Part shown: in pieces, positions 22,119-32,020 of the stretch
Position numbering within the stretch: the first letter of the stretch is position 1
How the letters are laid out: each line of letters begins with the position of its first letter
Assembly (NCBI GenBank): GCA_963712115.1
Contig: CAVQGX010000018.1
Span: forward strand, 64,001 to 128,000
Direction: 5' to 3'
Length of the DNA: 64,000 nucleotides
Source of the DNA: an uncultured delta proteobacterium
GTDB lineage: Bacteria; Desulfobacterota; Syntrophobacteria; BM002
Notes under the pieces: model-generated
Database searches by the model: none
The model's input: the letters and a program-made list of their open reading frames with translations, nothing else
Told to the model about the DNA's origin: nothing
Program-made: the position numbers and the translations under genes

Positions 22119-23570
22119 ATGAAACAGCAACAAATGTTCGAGAAAATCCTGGTGGCCAATCGCGGTGAGATTGCCGTGCGGATTATGCGATCGGCACAAG
22201 AGCTACACATCAAGACCGTGGCTATCTACGAGGAGACAGACAAAGACGCTTTTCACATCACCCAGGGAGATGAAGCTATCTGCGTGGGACCAGGTCCTAG
22301 GAAGGACTACCTTAACATTGAAGGCATTATCGAAGCAGCCAGGAAAACCGGGGCTCAGGCCATCCATCCCGGCTATGGTTTTTTAGCAGAAAATCCAGAT
22401 TTTTCCAAAGCCTGCACTGATGCTGGTCTGGTTTTCATCGGCCCGCCTTCCGATGTTATCAGGAATCTGGGAAGCAAAGTAATCGCCCGCCAAATAGCAA
22501 TAGATGCAGGCATACCGGTTATTCCGGCAACAGAGAATCTTTCGCTGGGAGGACAGGGTGAAGAGGAGGCTCTGGCCTTCGCCGCTGAGCAGGGCTACCC
22601 CATAATGATAAAAGCAGTATCAGGGGGTGGGGGCCGTGGCATTCGCAGGGTGGAAGATAAAAAAGGACTGCTGGAAGGGTTAAAACGGTCCCGCTCAGAG
22701 GCCATGATGTCTTTTGGAAACGATGAAATTTATCTTGAGAAATGCCTCCAACGCCCCCAACACATAGAGGTGCAGATTTTGGCGGACCACCATGGCAATG
22801 TGGTTCATATGGGGACCCGCAACTGCTCAATTCAACGTCGCCACCAGAAACTTATTGAGATGGCCCCGGCAGGCCTGAAAAAACAATTAGCCGATGAGAT
22901 CTGCACCGCAGCGGTTAAGATCACTAAAGCTGCGAGCTATCTCAATGCTGGTACAGTCGAATTCCTGGTGGGAGCAGATGGAGAATTCTATTTTCTCGAG
23001 GTGAACACGCGCATTCAGGTTGAGCACACAGTAACCGAAATGGTGACAGGAATTGACTTGGTAAGGGAGCAATTGCTTATCGCCATGGGTGAGCCTATTA
23101 GCTTTTCTCAAGATCAAGTGGTGGAGCGAGGTTATGCAATTGAGCTGAGAATCAATGCAGAGGATCCCAAAAATAATTTTCTCGCAAGCCCTGGATTAGT
23201 GCAGGTCTACCAACCTCCTGGGGGACATGGGGTGCGTTTAGATGGAGCCATATATCAGGGGTATGAGATTCCACGCTATTATGACTCCATGTTGGTAAAA
23301 TTAACCGTCTACGGTTACACCTGGCGAGAAGCGGTGGACCGGTTGGCCCGTGCCCTAAAAGGATTCGTTATACTTGGTGTCAAGACCACTATTCCCTATT
23401 TTCAGAAGATTCTGCAGGAGCCGGATTTCATCCAAATGAAGTTCGATACATCTTACATTGATACCCATCCTCATCTCGTGCAGTATTTGGAAGAGGAAAG
23501 GGAAATGGAGAAAATAGCTCGTCTTATTGCCGAGATCAGCGCCTATGGATTCAACCCACATGCACAGTGA
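22119..23570 (+). CDS. Biotin carboxylase subunit (AccC/PycA-like)
   Basis: KILVANRGEIAVR, IHPGYGFLAEN, GGGGRG, CSIQRRHQK, EVNTRIQVEH. Confidence 0.95.
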   Translation: MKQQQMFEKILVANRGEIAVRIMRSAQELHIKTVAIYEETDKDAFHITQGDEAICVGPGPRKDYLNIEGIIEAARKTGAQAIHPGYGFLAENPDFSKACTDAGLVFIGPPSDVIRNLGSKVIARQIAIDAGIPVIPATENLSLGGQGEEEALAFAAEQGYPIMIKAVSGGGGRGIRRVEDKKGLLEGLKRSRSEAMMSFGNDEIYLEKCLQRPQHIEVQILADHHGNVVHMGTRNCSIQRRHQKLIEMAPAGLKKQLADEICTAAVKITKAASYLNAGTVEFLVGADGEFYFLEVNTRIQVEHTVTEMVTGIDLVREQLLIAMGEPISFSQDQVVERGYAIELRINAEDPKNNFLASPGLVQVYQPPGGHGVRLDGAIYQGYEIPRYYDSMLVKLTVYGYTWREAVDRLARALKGFVILGVKTTIPYFQKILQEPDFIQMKFDTSYIDTHPHLVQYLEEEREMEKIARLIAEISAYGFNPHAQ

Positions 23571-23771
23571 TCAAGCATAGGGCATGGAGCAGAGAGCAGG
23601 GACAACCAGGCGCGGAAGCACGAAATTCGAAATCCTAAGCACTAAACAAATACGAATGTCCAAATCTCAAAATTCCAAAGGATCAGCGATAGAGAAATAG
23701 GTTTTGGAAATTTGAATTTTGAATTTCGGATTTGTTTCGGATTTTACAAGGTTTTCAAATAACAAGTAATT

Positions 23772-25448
23772 GTGGAGACTCAGGAAATGGAAGGGCGAAT
23801 AACCACAGCAATGAGCACCGTGGAAATCCTGGAAGTCTTGCGGAATGCAAAGGGCTATTATCTTTGTAACAACGAAAGAGATGTTTCACAATCTGACTTT
23901 AAGAATCGCTTGATGCCCATGACCACAGTGCGGGTGGCTCCCTACAGGGAGGCAGCAGGGTTTTTTTCCGTGGAGGTAAGTGGGGGTGCTTCAGTACACG
24001 TTGACCTGATGCGGAAACAGGTTAATCCTTTTGAAAGGCTTAGAATTGCCCGAAAGGCCATGCCAAGGACACTACTTCAGGCTGTATGCCGGGGAGCGAG
24101 TTTGTTTGGCTATCGCCATTATCCTGACAATGTCATTAGACTCACGGTGAGAGAGTTTGCTAAATACATTGATGTCTGGCGGGTCTATGATTTTCTCAAT
24201 CATGTCCCCAACATGATGCCAGTTTTCGAGGAAGTCCAACGGACAGGGCGAATACTCATGCCCAGCATCTGTTTCAGTACCGGCAAAGAGCACACTGATG
24301 ATTATTACGTGCAAAAAGTAAAGGAAATCTTGGATGTAACCGGGCCCGATGTGATCATTTCCATAAAGAATCACTCCGGCTTGGGGACACCAAGGCGGAT
24401 TGGTAGGTTGGTAGAGGCAATCCATAAATCCTCTCCTGACGTCATATTGCACTACCACGGATGTAATACTGACGGTAATGATATTGGCCGGATGATCGCT
24501 GCGATTACAGCAGGAGTAAAGATCTGTGATGTGGCAGACCACGGTTTGGGTGCTGTTTACGGCCAGGCCCCTGCACTTACGCTGATCCAGACCCTGGAAG
24601 ACTATGGAAAAGAAGCTGTTGGCATGGATGTCCAGGCTCTGGTGAAATCATCAGATGTCTTACGAAAAGAGCGCAGGATCTATGAGCCCTTTGAGAATGT
24701 CTTCCGCGGGCATGACCCAACTGTGGCTTCCTACAAGCTTACCGGTGGTGCCGCGGGTAGCACCTTCGAGCAGGCAGACAAAGGCGGCTTTCTTGATCGG
24801 ATGCCAGAGATCCTCGAGGAAATGGCTCGAGTGCAGGTAGAACTGGGGAACTGGTGGTCAGTGACACCAGGGTCGCAGATACTCTGGACCACGGCAGTTA
24901 ACAATGTGCTCTACGGTCGCTACGAGAAACCATCTTTGGATCTGAAGAACCTAATCCTCGGCAGGTACGGACCGCTGCCTTTCTACGATCCTCAAGAATG
25001 GATATACTCAAAGGTACTGGAATATCAACGATCCGACGGGAAAAAATGGCACCAGGTTCTTGCCGAAGAAGGAGGAGTGGTGAAACCCCGGGATGTAGAT
25101 TTGGAAAGGGAGCGCGAGAGTTTGGAGACAAAATTAGGACGGCCGGTCTCCAATGAAGATCTGGCTCTTTACTTACTTTATCCCTTCGATGGCAATTCCT
25201 TTCTGAAGTTCGAGGCCCAGTACGGCAAAACTTGGCTTCTGCCGCCGGAGGTGTGGTTCAAACATGGTGGTTTTAAAGATGGCGAGCGCATTACATTTCA
25301 GGATGAAAATGGCAAGCCGCATTATATAGAAATAATCTCAACCCGCCGCGAAGGAGCCACTGTGATTATTTCGCTGCTGGTGGACCACGCCTTTCATACC
25401 CAGAGCGTTACTCTTGAAGGAGGAGGTGCCCGTCCCTCTCCGGCTTGA
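23772..25448 (+). CDS. Pyruvate carboxylase/OAD-alpha-like carboxyltransferase, divergent, without a biotinyl domain
   Basis: ERDVSQS, EVSGGA, PFERLR, VTPGSQI; no AMKM motif. Start uncertain. Confidence 0.8.
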   Translation: METQEMEGRITTAMSTVEILEVLRNAKGYYLCNNERDVSQSDFKNRLMPMTTVRVAPYREAAGFFSVEVSGGASVHVDLMRKQVNPFERLRIARKAMPRTLLQAVCRGASLFGYRHYPDNVIRLTVREFAKYIDVWRVYDFLNHVPNMMPVFEEVQRTGRILMPSICFSTGKEHTDDYYVQKVKEILDVTGPDVIISIKNHSGLGTPRRIGRLVEAIHKSSPDVILHYHGCNTDGNDIGRMIAAITAGVKICDVADHGLGAVYGQAPALTLIQTLEDYGKEAVGMDVQALVKSSDVLRKERRIYEPFENVFRGHDPTVASYKLTGGAAGSTFEQADKGGFLDRMPEILEEMARVQVELGNWWSVTPGSQILWTTAVNNVLYGRYEKPSLDLKNLILGRYGPLPFYDPQEWIYSKVLEYQRSDGKKWHQVLAEEGGVVKPRDVDLERERESLETKLGRPVSNEDLALYLLYPFDGNSFLKFEAQYGKTWLLPPEVWFKHGGFKDGERITFQDENGKPHYIEIISTRREGATVIISLLVDHAFHTQSVTLEGGGARPSPA

Positions 25449-25475
25449 CAGCTAGCAGCAGGCAGGGGGCAGGTA

Positions 25476-25533
25476 ATGAGTCACTTGCCTTCGGCGTCAT
25501 TAGGTCACTACGCTGCGCTGTCATTTATTGTAA
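25476..25533 (+). repeat. ~58-bp dispersed repeat (second copy at 30189-30247)
   Basis: AATGAGTCACTTGCCTTCGGCGTCATTAGGTCACTACGCT(G/C)CGCTGTCATTT(A/G)TTGTAA at both sites. Confidence 0.85.
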
Positions 25534-25659
25534 AAGGTAGAGGCCAGGGGTCGGAAGTCAAAGGTCGGAAGTCAGATTTTTCTGTGGGAGCGGCTTTCCA
25601 GCCGCGATCTGAATTGCGAAATGAGAAATGATTAAATGTGAAATGACGGGGGAGCAGGG

Positions 25660-26028
25660 ATGAAGCGACGAACGGTTTTGTTAAACATTATTTTTACTTG
25701 TGGATTGGCTGTTCTTTTACTGCCTGATGCATGGGCGCAAGACTACGGTCAAATCCGAGCCTTGAAAAACAGGGCAGAGACCGTAAATCAACAAAAGAAT
25801 CATTTTGTCGCTCAGGTATTGCACTCATATAACATACCCTGTCAGGTTACCGCGGAGGGCATTGTTGCTCGGCTGCATATTCAAAATCGCTGGTATGATG
25901 TCAACCAAATTGAGATTGTTCCGGTAACTAGAGAGGTGGAAGGGGGTTACCAGGTCATAGCTCATGAAATATTCTTCTACACAGAAGGTGATATCCTCCA
26001 CTTAGTTTCAGCAGCTACAATCCGTTAA
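25660..26028 (+). CDS. Exported hypothetical protein
   Basis: Signal peptide ending AWA; SD upstream. Confidence 0.75.
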   Translation: MKRRTVLLNIIFTCGLAVLLLPDAWAQDYGQIRALKNRAETVNQQKNHFVAQVLHSYNIPCQVTAEGIVARLHIQNRWYDVNQIEIVPVTREVEGGYQVIAHEIFFYTEGDILHLVSAATIR

Positions 26029-26119
26029 GGACCAGTTTAATTGGCGAATTAGTTCATTAGTCAAATAGTTTGCCATTTGCGATTTAACCATTTAACAAAT
26101 CGATAAATTGACCAACTGC

Positions 26120-28006
26120 CTACTCCTCGCTGTCATCCGCGGGTTCGTCAAAACGAAACTTGATCTCGTAGATCCCGTCTTCCAGACTTTTGTGGATTAC
26201 ATAGCCAGTTTTACGAAATACTCGGAGCATTTTCCGATTGGCTGCCAGGACGTATGCCATGAACCCGGTAACTCCTTTGCTTCGGGCGATTTCGGTCAAA
26301 TAGCAAACCAGGAATGTTCCGATGCCCTTGTGCTGCAATTCCGACCTCACGGCAAAATCTACCTCGGCGAAATTAGATTCTTGATCTAAGATGTAACGTC
26401 CCACCGAGATTATCTTTTCAGAGCCGATATCCCCCACAACACCAATAATGGTCATCTCATTTTCGTAATCGATATTTGCCATGGCCTGGGTGTCTCGATG
26501 GGGAAAAACCCTCATACTCGAAAGAAATCGATAGTAGATGTCTTCATCGGGAAGCGAGTAAAAGAATTCCTGCAGGGCTCTTTCATCGGTAGGCTTAATT
26601 GGACGGAAGAGGACTTCAAAATCAGAGTCGAAAGCCTGGTATCTTTCCCATTCTTCCGGATAGAACTGGCCAAGGGGAGAGGAGATAATTTGGTCGTCGT
26701 ACACATAGCGAATTTGTTTCGCTTGCTCCAGCAGTTGTTCGCGAAATCTCGGATGGGCAATATTAATTAGACTTAACGCCCTTTCCCTGAGAGTTTTGCC
26801 GTGCAGATTGGCAATGCCAAACTCTGTGACCACGTACTGAGCGGAAGCTCTGGTACCAACAACGCCGGCACCGAGACTGAGGTGGGAGACTATCCGAGAC
26901 TTTTTCCCATCGGAGCTGGTGCTCGGCAGCACAATGATGGACTTTCCACCTGGGGACCGTGATGCCCCTACGCTGAACTCCACATATCCTCCAAAGCCGC
27001 TATATACCTTATGCCCCAGGGAGTCAGCGCAGACCTGTCCGGAAAGATCTACCTGCAAAGCTGAATTAATTGCCGTCATTCCATGGTTTTTGCTGATGAT
27101 CTCGGGATGATTGACATAATCGCTTGGATAGAATTCAACTTGGGGATTGTTATGAACGAAATCGAATAGCTTGCGCGTGCCCAGACAAAAACTTGCTATT
27201 ATTTTGTCTTGGTGAATGGACTTTTTCTTACCGGTTATTACGCCTTTTTCTACCAAGGGCAGATAGGCGTCGGTAATCATTTCTGAATGTACACCAAGGT
27301 CTCTCTTGTCTGTCAGATGTGAGAGAACTGCAGTCAAAATGCGACCGATACCTACCTGGATGGTTGAGCCGTCCTCGACCAGTTTAGCCACATATATTGC
27401 CATCCTCTCAGCAATGGCTCGACGCTCAGGTATGGCAATCTCGATGAGTGGTTCGCTGTGCTCAACGATGGCATCCAACTCAGTAACGTGAATAAAACTG
27501 TCACCTAATACTCGAGGCATCCTAGGATTTATCTGTGCCACCACATGACGACCACACTCGACTGCAGCCTTGACCACGTCCACAGAAACCCCCAAGCTAC
27601 AAAATCCGTGCTCGTCTGGAGGAGATACCTGGATAATGGTAAGATCGAGATTGAGCACTCCACTTTTGAAAAGGTTTGGTGCTTGCGAGAGATAAACCGG
27701 GATGTAATCCGCTCGTCCCTCGAACACGGCCTCCCGTAAGGTGTCGGTAACGAAGAAAGTCTTAACCCGGCAGGCACGCAGCAGTCTTTCTTGGATAAAG
27801 GGACTCGGGCCAAAGGCGATGAAGTAGATTATCTCCACATCCACATACTGACCCAGGCGGGAAGCCAAAACCTGCACCAGGTGTTGAGGAGTGCTGCAAC
27901 CGCTACCAATAAATATCCTGCTGCCGTTCTTAAGACAGTGGGCGAGAGCGTCGGAAGCAGTTGTGAGCTTGCTCTGGTAGAGGTGCTGCCAGTTTGCCTT
28001 ATACAT
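26120..28006 (-). CDS. Acetyl-CoA hydrolase/CoA-transferase fused to a C-terminal GNAT domain
   Basis: QVSPPDEHGFCSLG, HSEM, SGFGG, VVTEFG; then RPIKPTDE...AEVDFAV..QHKGIG GNAT. Confidence 0.9.
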   Translation of the reverse strand: MYKANWQHLYQSKLTTASDALAHCLKNGSRIFIGSGCSTPQHLVQVLASRLGQYVDVEIIYFIAFGPSPFIQERLLRACRVKTFFVTDTLREAVFEGRADYIPVYLSQAPNLFKSGVLNLDLTIIQVSPPDEHGFCSLGVSVDVVKAAVECGRHVVAQINPRMPRVLGDSFIHVTELDAIVEHSEPLIEIAIPERRAIAERMAIYVAKLVEDGSTIQVGIGRILTAVLSHLTDKRDLGVHSEMITDAYLPLVEKGVITGKKKSIHQDKIIASFCLGTRKLFDFVHNNPQVEFYPSDYVNHPEIISKNHGMTAINSALQVDLSGQVCADSLGHKVYSGFGGYVEFSVGASRSPGGKSIIVLPSTSSDGKKSRIVSHLSLGAGVVGTRASAQYVVTEFGIANLHGKTLRERALSLINIAHPRFREQLLEQAKQIRYVYDDQIISSPLGQFYPEEWERYQAFDSDFEVLFRPIKPTDERALQEFFYSLPDEDIYYRFLSSMRVFPHRDTQAMANIDYENEMTIIGVVGDIGSEKIISVGRYILDQESNFAEVDFAVRSELQHKGIGTFLVCYLTEIARSKGVTGFMAYVLAANRKMLRVFRKTGYVIHKSLEDGIYEIKFRFDEPADDSEE

Positions 28007-28221
28007 CTCTTGCTTTACCTATCCATTAAAGTAAATTGTCTTCACCCATTGAAACTGAAATTGAATAGACTCGTTCACGGGATTATATGGTTGGTTACAA
28101 TACTGTTCAAGGGGTAGTTGATCAAAGGTTTCTCTTGACAACTATAGAGGCTCAATTTTTAATGAAAAAACTTTGCCTAGCCCAGATATTTCCGCTTTTT
28201 TGATGCAAAGGAGGATAATTT

Positions 28222-29157
28222 ATGAGTAGCCGAGGACTGGTTTTCCTTTTTCCTGGACAAGGGTCACAATATGTTGGCATGGGAAAAGCCTTCTATGACG
28301 AGTATCAAGAAGTCCGGGACCTCTTTTCCCGGGCCAACAAGGTCCTCGAGATGGACGTGGAACAGCTCTGCTTCGAGGGCCCGGAAGATGAACTGCTGCT
28401 CACCCATAATGTCCAACCTGCAATCACCCTGATAAACATGGCATGCTCAATGGTTCTCACGCTGCAAGGCGTGGAGGCTGCAGCAGCAGCCGGTCATAGT
28501 CTTGGAGAATACAGTGCCATTCATCTGGCTGGAATTATCGATGAAAGAACTGTGCTGGAGTTGGTGCGACTCAGGGGCCAGCTTATGCAGAAAGCAGCAG
28601 ATGAGCAACCAGGCGCTATGGCAGCTATTCTTAATCTGCCTGCGGAAAAGATTGATGAGGTTTGTGAGAGCTGTGACATTGAGATGGCCAATTATAACTC
28701 TCCGGGGCAAATAATTGTGAGCGGTGTCGAAGAAAGTGTTATTCGGGCAATGGAGATCTGCTCCGATGCTGGGGCGAAAAGATGTGTGCGGTTGAATGTG
28801 AGCGGTCCATGGCATAGTCGGTGTATGGTAACGGCCAGGGAGAAGTTTGAGCCTGAATTGGCGCAGTACATATTCCAGGATCCAATAATCCCCGTTGTGG
28901 CTAATGTGGATGGTGCCTACGTGCGAGACGGTAATAGTGCCAGAGAAAATCTTGCCCAGCAATTATGCGCCCCTGTTCTCTGGCAGCAATCAATTGAAAG
29001 GTTGATCAACGACGGGCATCAAAGGTTTGTTGAAGTTGGGCCCAAAAAGGTGCTAAGAGGCCTAATGCGGCAGATTGACCGCAATGTGGAGGTCTATAAC
29101 GTGGAGGATCCAGAGAGTCTGGAGGCATTTCTGAAAGCAGTGAGGGGAGAAGAGTAA
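28222..29157 (+). CDS. fabD: Malonyl-CoA:ACP transacylase
   Basis: FLFPGQGSQ, GHSLGE, RGQLMQ, VSGPWHS, EVGP. Confidence 0.93.
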   Translation: MSSRGLVFLFPGQGSQYVGMGKAFYDEYQEVRDLFSRANKVLEMDVEQLCFEGPEDELLLTHNVQPAITLINMACSMVLTLQGVEAAAAAGHSLGEYSAIHLAGIIDERTVLELVRLRGQLMQKAADEQPGAMAAILNLPAEKIDEVCESCDIEMANYNSPGQIIVSGVEESVIRAMEICSDAGAKRCVRLNVSGPWHSRCMVTAREKFEPELAQYIFQDPIIPVVANVDGAYVRDGNSARENLAQQLCAPVLWQQSIERLINDGHQRFVEVGPKKVLRGLMRQIDRNVEVYNVEDPESLEAFLKAVRGEE

Positions 29158-29356
29158 TCGGTCAGAGGACAGAAGACAGAAGACAGAAGGCAGCAGGCAG
29201 TCCAACTAGGCACTAGACACTATGCACTAAGCACTAACTCAATGAGAGAATAGCCCTGCGCCCTGAGCCTTATGCCTGGATGCTCACCGTTGAATGTTTT
29301 GGCTATTCGATCTGTTCTACGATTCGAGCTGGAAAGACTAGAGGAGGAAGATTAGC

Positions 29357-30178
29357 ATGAAGGACCAGCTTAATAAGGTAAACGAGAGTGTGGCTTTTCT
29401 CGAAAGAGAGACCGAACTTCGCCCACACATAGCCGTTGTGCTCGGGACTGGCCTGGGCGGGCTAGCCGATAAAATTGAAGCTGCTGCCGTGATTCCATAC
29501 AAGAACATACCAAATTTTCCCATTTCAACAGTATTAAGCCACGAGGGTCGTTTAATATTTGGCTCGTTGGGGGGTAAAACGATGGCGGCAATGCAGGGCC
29601 GTTTTCACTTTTACGAAGGCTACGAACCAAAGGAGATCACTTTTCCTATCCGGGTCATGGCGGCTATGGGGATAAAGACCTTGCTCATCTCTAATGCTGC
29701 TGGTGGACTTGATCTTTCTTTCCAGGCTGGTGACCTCATGCTCATAAGCGATCATATAAATCTCACCGGTCAAAATCCGCTGCGAGGCGATAACGTAGAT
29801 GAGTGGGGACCACGTTTCCCTGATATGACCGCACCGTACAATCGGGGACTCATTAACCTGGCTCGAAAGGCGGCAAAGGACCTGGACATCAAAATCCATA
29901 AGGGTGTTTACGTTGGTGTTCCAGGTCCGAGTATGGAAACCGCGGCAGAAACCCGTTTTCTTCGAATAATCGGGGCTGATGCTGTGGGAATGTCCACCAT
30001 CCCAGAGGTTATTGTTGCCGTACACGCAGGTCTCAGAGTTCTTGGGTTGTCAGTGATCACCAATGTGAATGATCCAGACAACTACCAGCCGGCTCCCCTT
30101 GAGCAGGTCATTGCCACGGCAAAAGGGGCGGAACCAAAGCTGGTGAGGTTGGTGGAGGAGATTCTTAGGCGGGTTTAG
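29357..30178 (+). CDS. Purine nucleoside phosphorylase (trimeric type; possibly methylthioinosine phosphorylase)
   Basis: VLGTGLG, QGRFHFYEG, SNAAGG, GPSMETAAE, VGMSTIPE. Confidence 0.93.
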   Translation: MKDQLNKVNESVAFLERETELRPHIAVVLGTGLGGLADKIEAAAVIPYKNIPNFPISTVLSHEGRLIFGSLGGKTMAAMQGRFHFYEGYEPKEITFPIRVMAAMGIKTLLISNAAGGLDLSFQAGDLMLISDHINLTGQNPLRGDNVDEWGPRFPDMTAPYNRGLINLARKAAKDLDIKIHKGVYVGVPGPSMETAAETRFLRIIGADAVGMSTIPEVIVAVHAGLRVLGLSVITNVNDPDNYQPAPLEQVIATAKGAEPKLVRLVEEILRRV

Positions 30179-30188
30179 GCGGGCAGGC

Positions 30189-30247
30189 AATGAGTCACTT
30201 GCCTTCGGCGTCATTAGGTCACTACGCTCCGCTGTCATTTGTTGTAA
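30189..30247 (+). repeat. ~58-bp dispersed repeat, second copy
   Basis: Nearly identical to 25476-25533. Confidence 0.85.
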
Positions 30248-30479
30248 TAGGTAGAAGAAAGAGGAGAGTCTAACTAGGGACTATGCACTTGGCACCCAAG
30301 AGTGATTACACTTCGCGCATGTGCGCTTCTTTGTCACTTGGGCTGCGCCCGTCATTAGGCCTGACGGCCGTCATTGGGGGGGGTGTGTCATCACAATGAA
30401 TGACAATAAATGACAGCTAAGCGTAATGACGGCGAAGCCACATGACCTGATGGTATTTTCTAGAGCGGAGCCGAATAAT

Positions 30480-31811
30480 ATGAGGAACGCCGGAGAAAAC
30501 AGGACTCGGGTAGATTTAGTCATACACAATGCCAAGGTTCTTACCCTCAACGATTCGGATGATATCCTTAATCCGGGAGCTGTTGCCATCCGTAATGACG
30601 AAATAGTGTGGGTTGGCCCCGAAGACTCATGGCCCGGCCAATTTGAGCCGGGGGAGCGGCTGAATATGGCCGGCGGTTTGATAATGCCGGGTTTGATAAA
30701 CGCGCACACCCACGCTGCCATGACCTGTTTTCGAGGCCTGGCCGATGACCTGCCTCTTTCTGTGTGGCTGAATGAACACATTTTTCCTGCCGAGAGAAAG
30801 ATTAATGGGGAATTGGTCTACAAGGGAACTCTTCTGGCTTGTGCGGAAATGATTTTGAGCGGAACCACAACTTTCTGCGACATGTACTTATTTGAAGACC
30901 AAGTGGCGAAAGCTGCCCATGAAGCCGGCATGAGGGCCCTAGTAGGAGAAGTCCTTTACGACTTCCCATCTCCCAATTACGGACCGCCGGAAAATGGTTT
31001 ATCTTTCACCAAGGAACTGATTAATACCTGGGAAAAGGACCCCCTGGTCTCAGTTGCTGTAGAGCCCCACGCGGTTTACACGTGCTCTCCCGACTTGCTA
31101 AGAGCTTGTCATGACATAGCACTGGAATACGGGGTTCCCATGATTATCCACCTTGCGGAGTCGCAGGATGAAGTAGATCAGGTTAAGAACCTATACCGAA
31201 AGTCACCAGTAATGCACCTGGAAAAGCTGGGGCTTCTGGGGCCGCACCTTGTTGCCGACCACTGTGTTGTCCTTGAAGTTGAGGAGATGGACTTACTTGC
31301 CGAGAGAGGTGTAAAAGTTGTCCATAATCCCGAGAGTAATATGAAACTGGCTTCTGGTGTTGCACCAGCGGTTGAACTATTGGCTCGCGGTGTTGCAATG
31401 GGCCTGGGAACAGATGGCTGTGCCAGTAACAATAACTTGGACATGTTGGCGGAAATGGACACCGCCGCCAAACTACACAAGGTTTACAGACTTGATCCCA
31501 CTGTTATGGAGGCCAGGACGGTTACGCACTTAGCCGTCAGAGGAGGCTCCAGAGTCTTGGGTGTGGAAGACAAAGTGGGTTGCCTCGAGCCTGGCAAAAA
31601 GGCTGACATCATTGGTTTGGACCTGGATAAGCCCCACCTGACTCCACTTTATAATATATATTCTCATGTTGTTTACGCAGCATCCGCCGCTGACGTTACA
31701 CTGAGCATTATTAATGGCCGGGTAGTGATGCGAAATCGTGAATTACTCACCTTGGATGTGGAACGGGTCATGGCTGAGGTTCGAGCTATCGCGAAGCAGA
31801 TTAAGTCCTAG
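30480..31811 (+). CDS. MTA/SAH deaminase-like amidohydrolase (paralog 1)
   Basis: NAHTH, IHLAE, HNPESNMKLASG, GTDGCASNN. Start uncertain (30426 or 30480). Confidence 0.9.
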   Translation: MRNAGENRTRVDLVIHNAKVLTLNDSDDILNPGAVAIRNDEIVWVGPEDSWPGQFEPGERLNMAGGLIMPGLINAHTHAAMTCFRGLADDLPLSVWLNEHIFPAERKINGELVYKGTLLACAEMILSGTTTFCDMYLFEDQVAKAAHEAGMRALVGEVLYDFPSPNYGPPENGLSFTKELINTWEKDPLVSVAVEPHAVYTCSPDLLRACHDIALEYGVPMIIHLAESQDEVDQVKNLYRKSPVMHLEKLGLLGPHLVADHCVVLEVEEMDLLAERGVKVVHNPESNMKLASGVAPAVELLARGVAMGLGTDGCASNNNLDMLAEMDTAAKLHKVYRLDPTVMEARTVTHLAVRGGSRVLGVEDKVGCLEPGKKADIIGLDLDKPHLTPLYNIYSHVVYAASAADVTLSIINGRVVMRNRELLTLDVERVMAEVRAIAKQIKS

Positions 31812-32020
31812 CGCAAAGCGGTTCATCAAGCATGCAGCGGGCAGCAGAAGTCAGATGAGCAGAGGGCAGAGGACAGAGAGAAGATTTTAGATTGTAGATT
31901 GCGGATTTCGAATTTCGAATTTCGAAATTATTGAACTGCGATTTGAATGCTTTTTTCGATTTCAACGACTTGAACGACTTGCAACGCTTCTGAACGATCA
32001 ACTGAATTGCTAGAGCCCAG

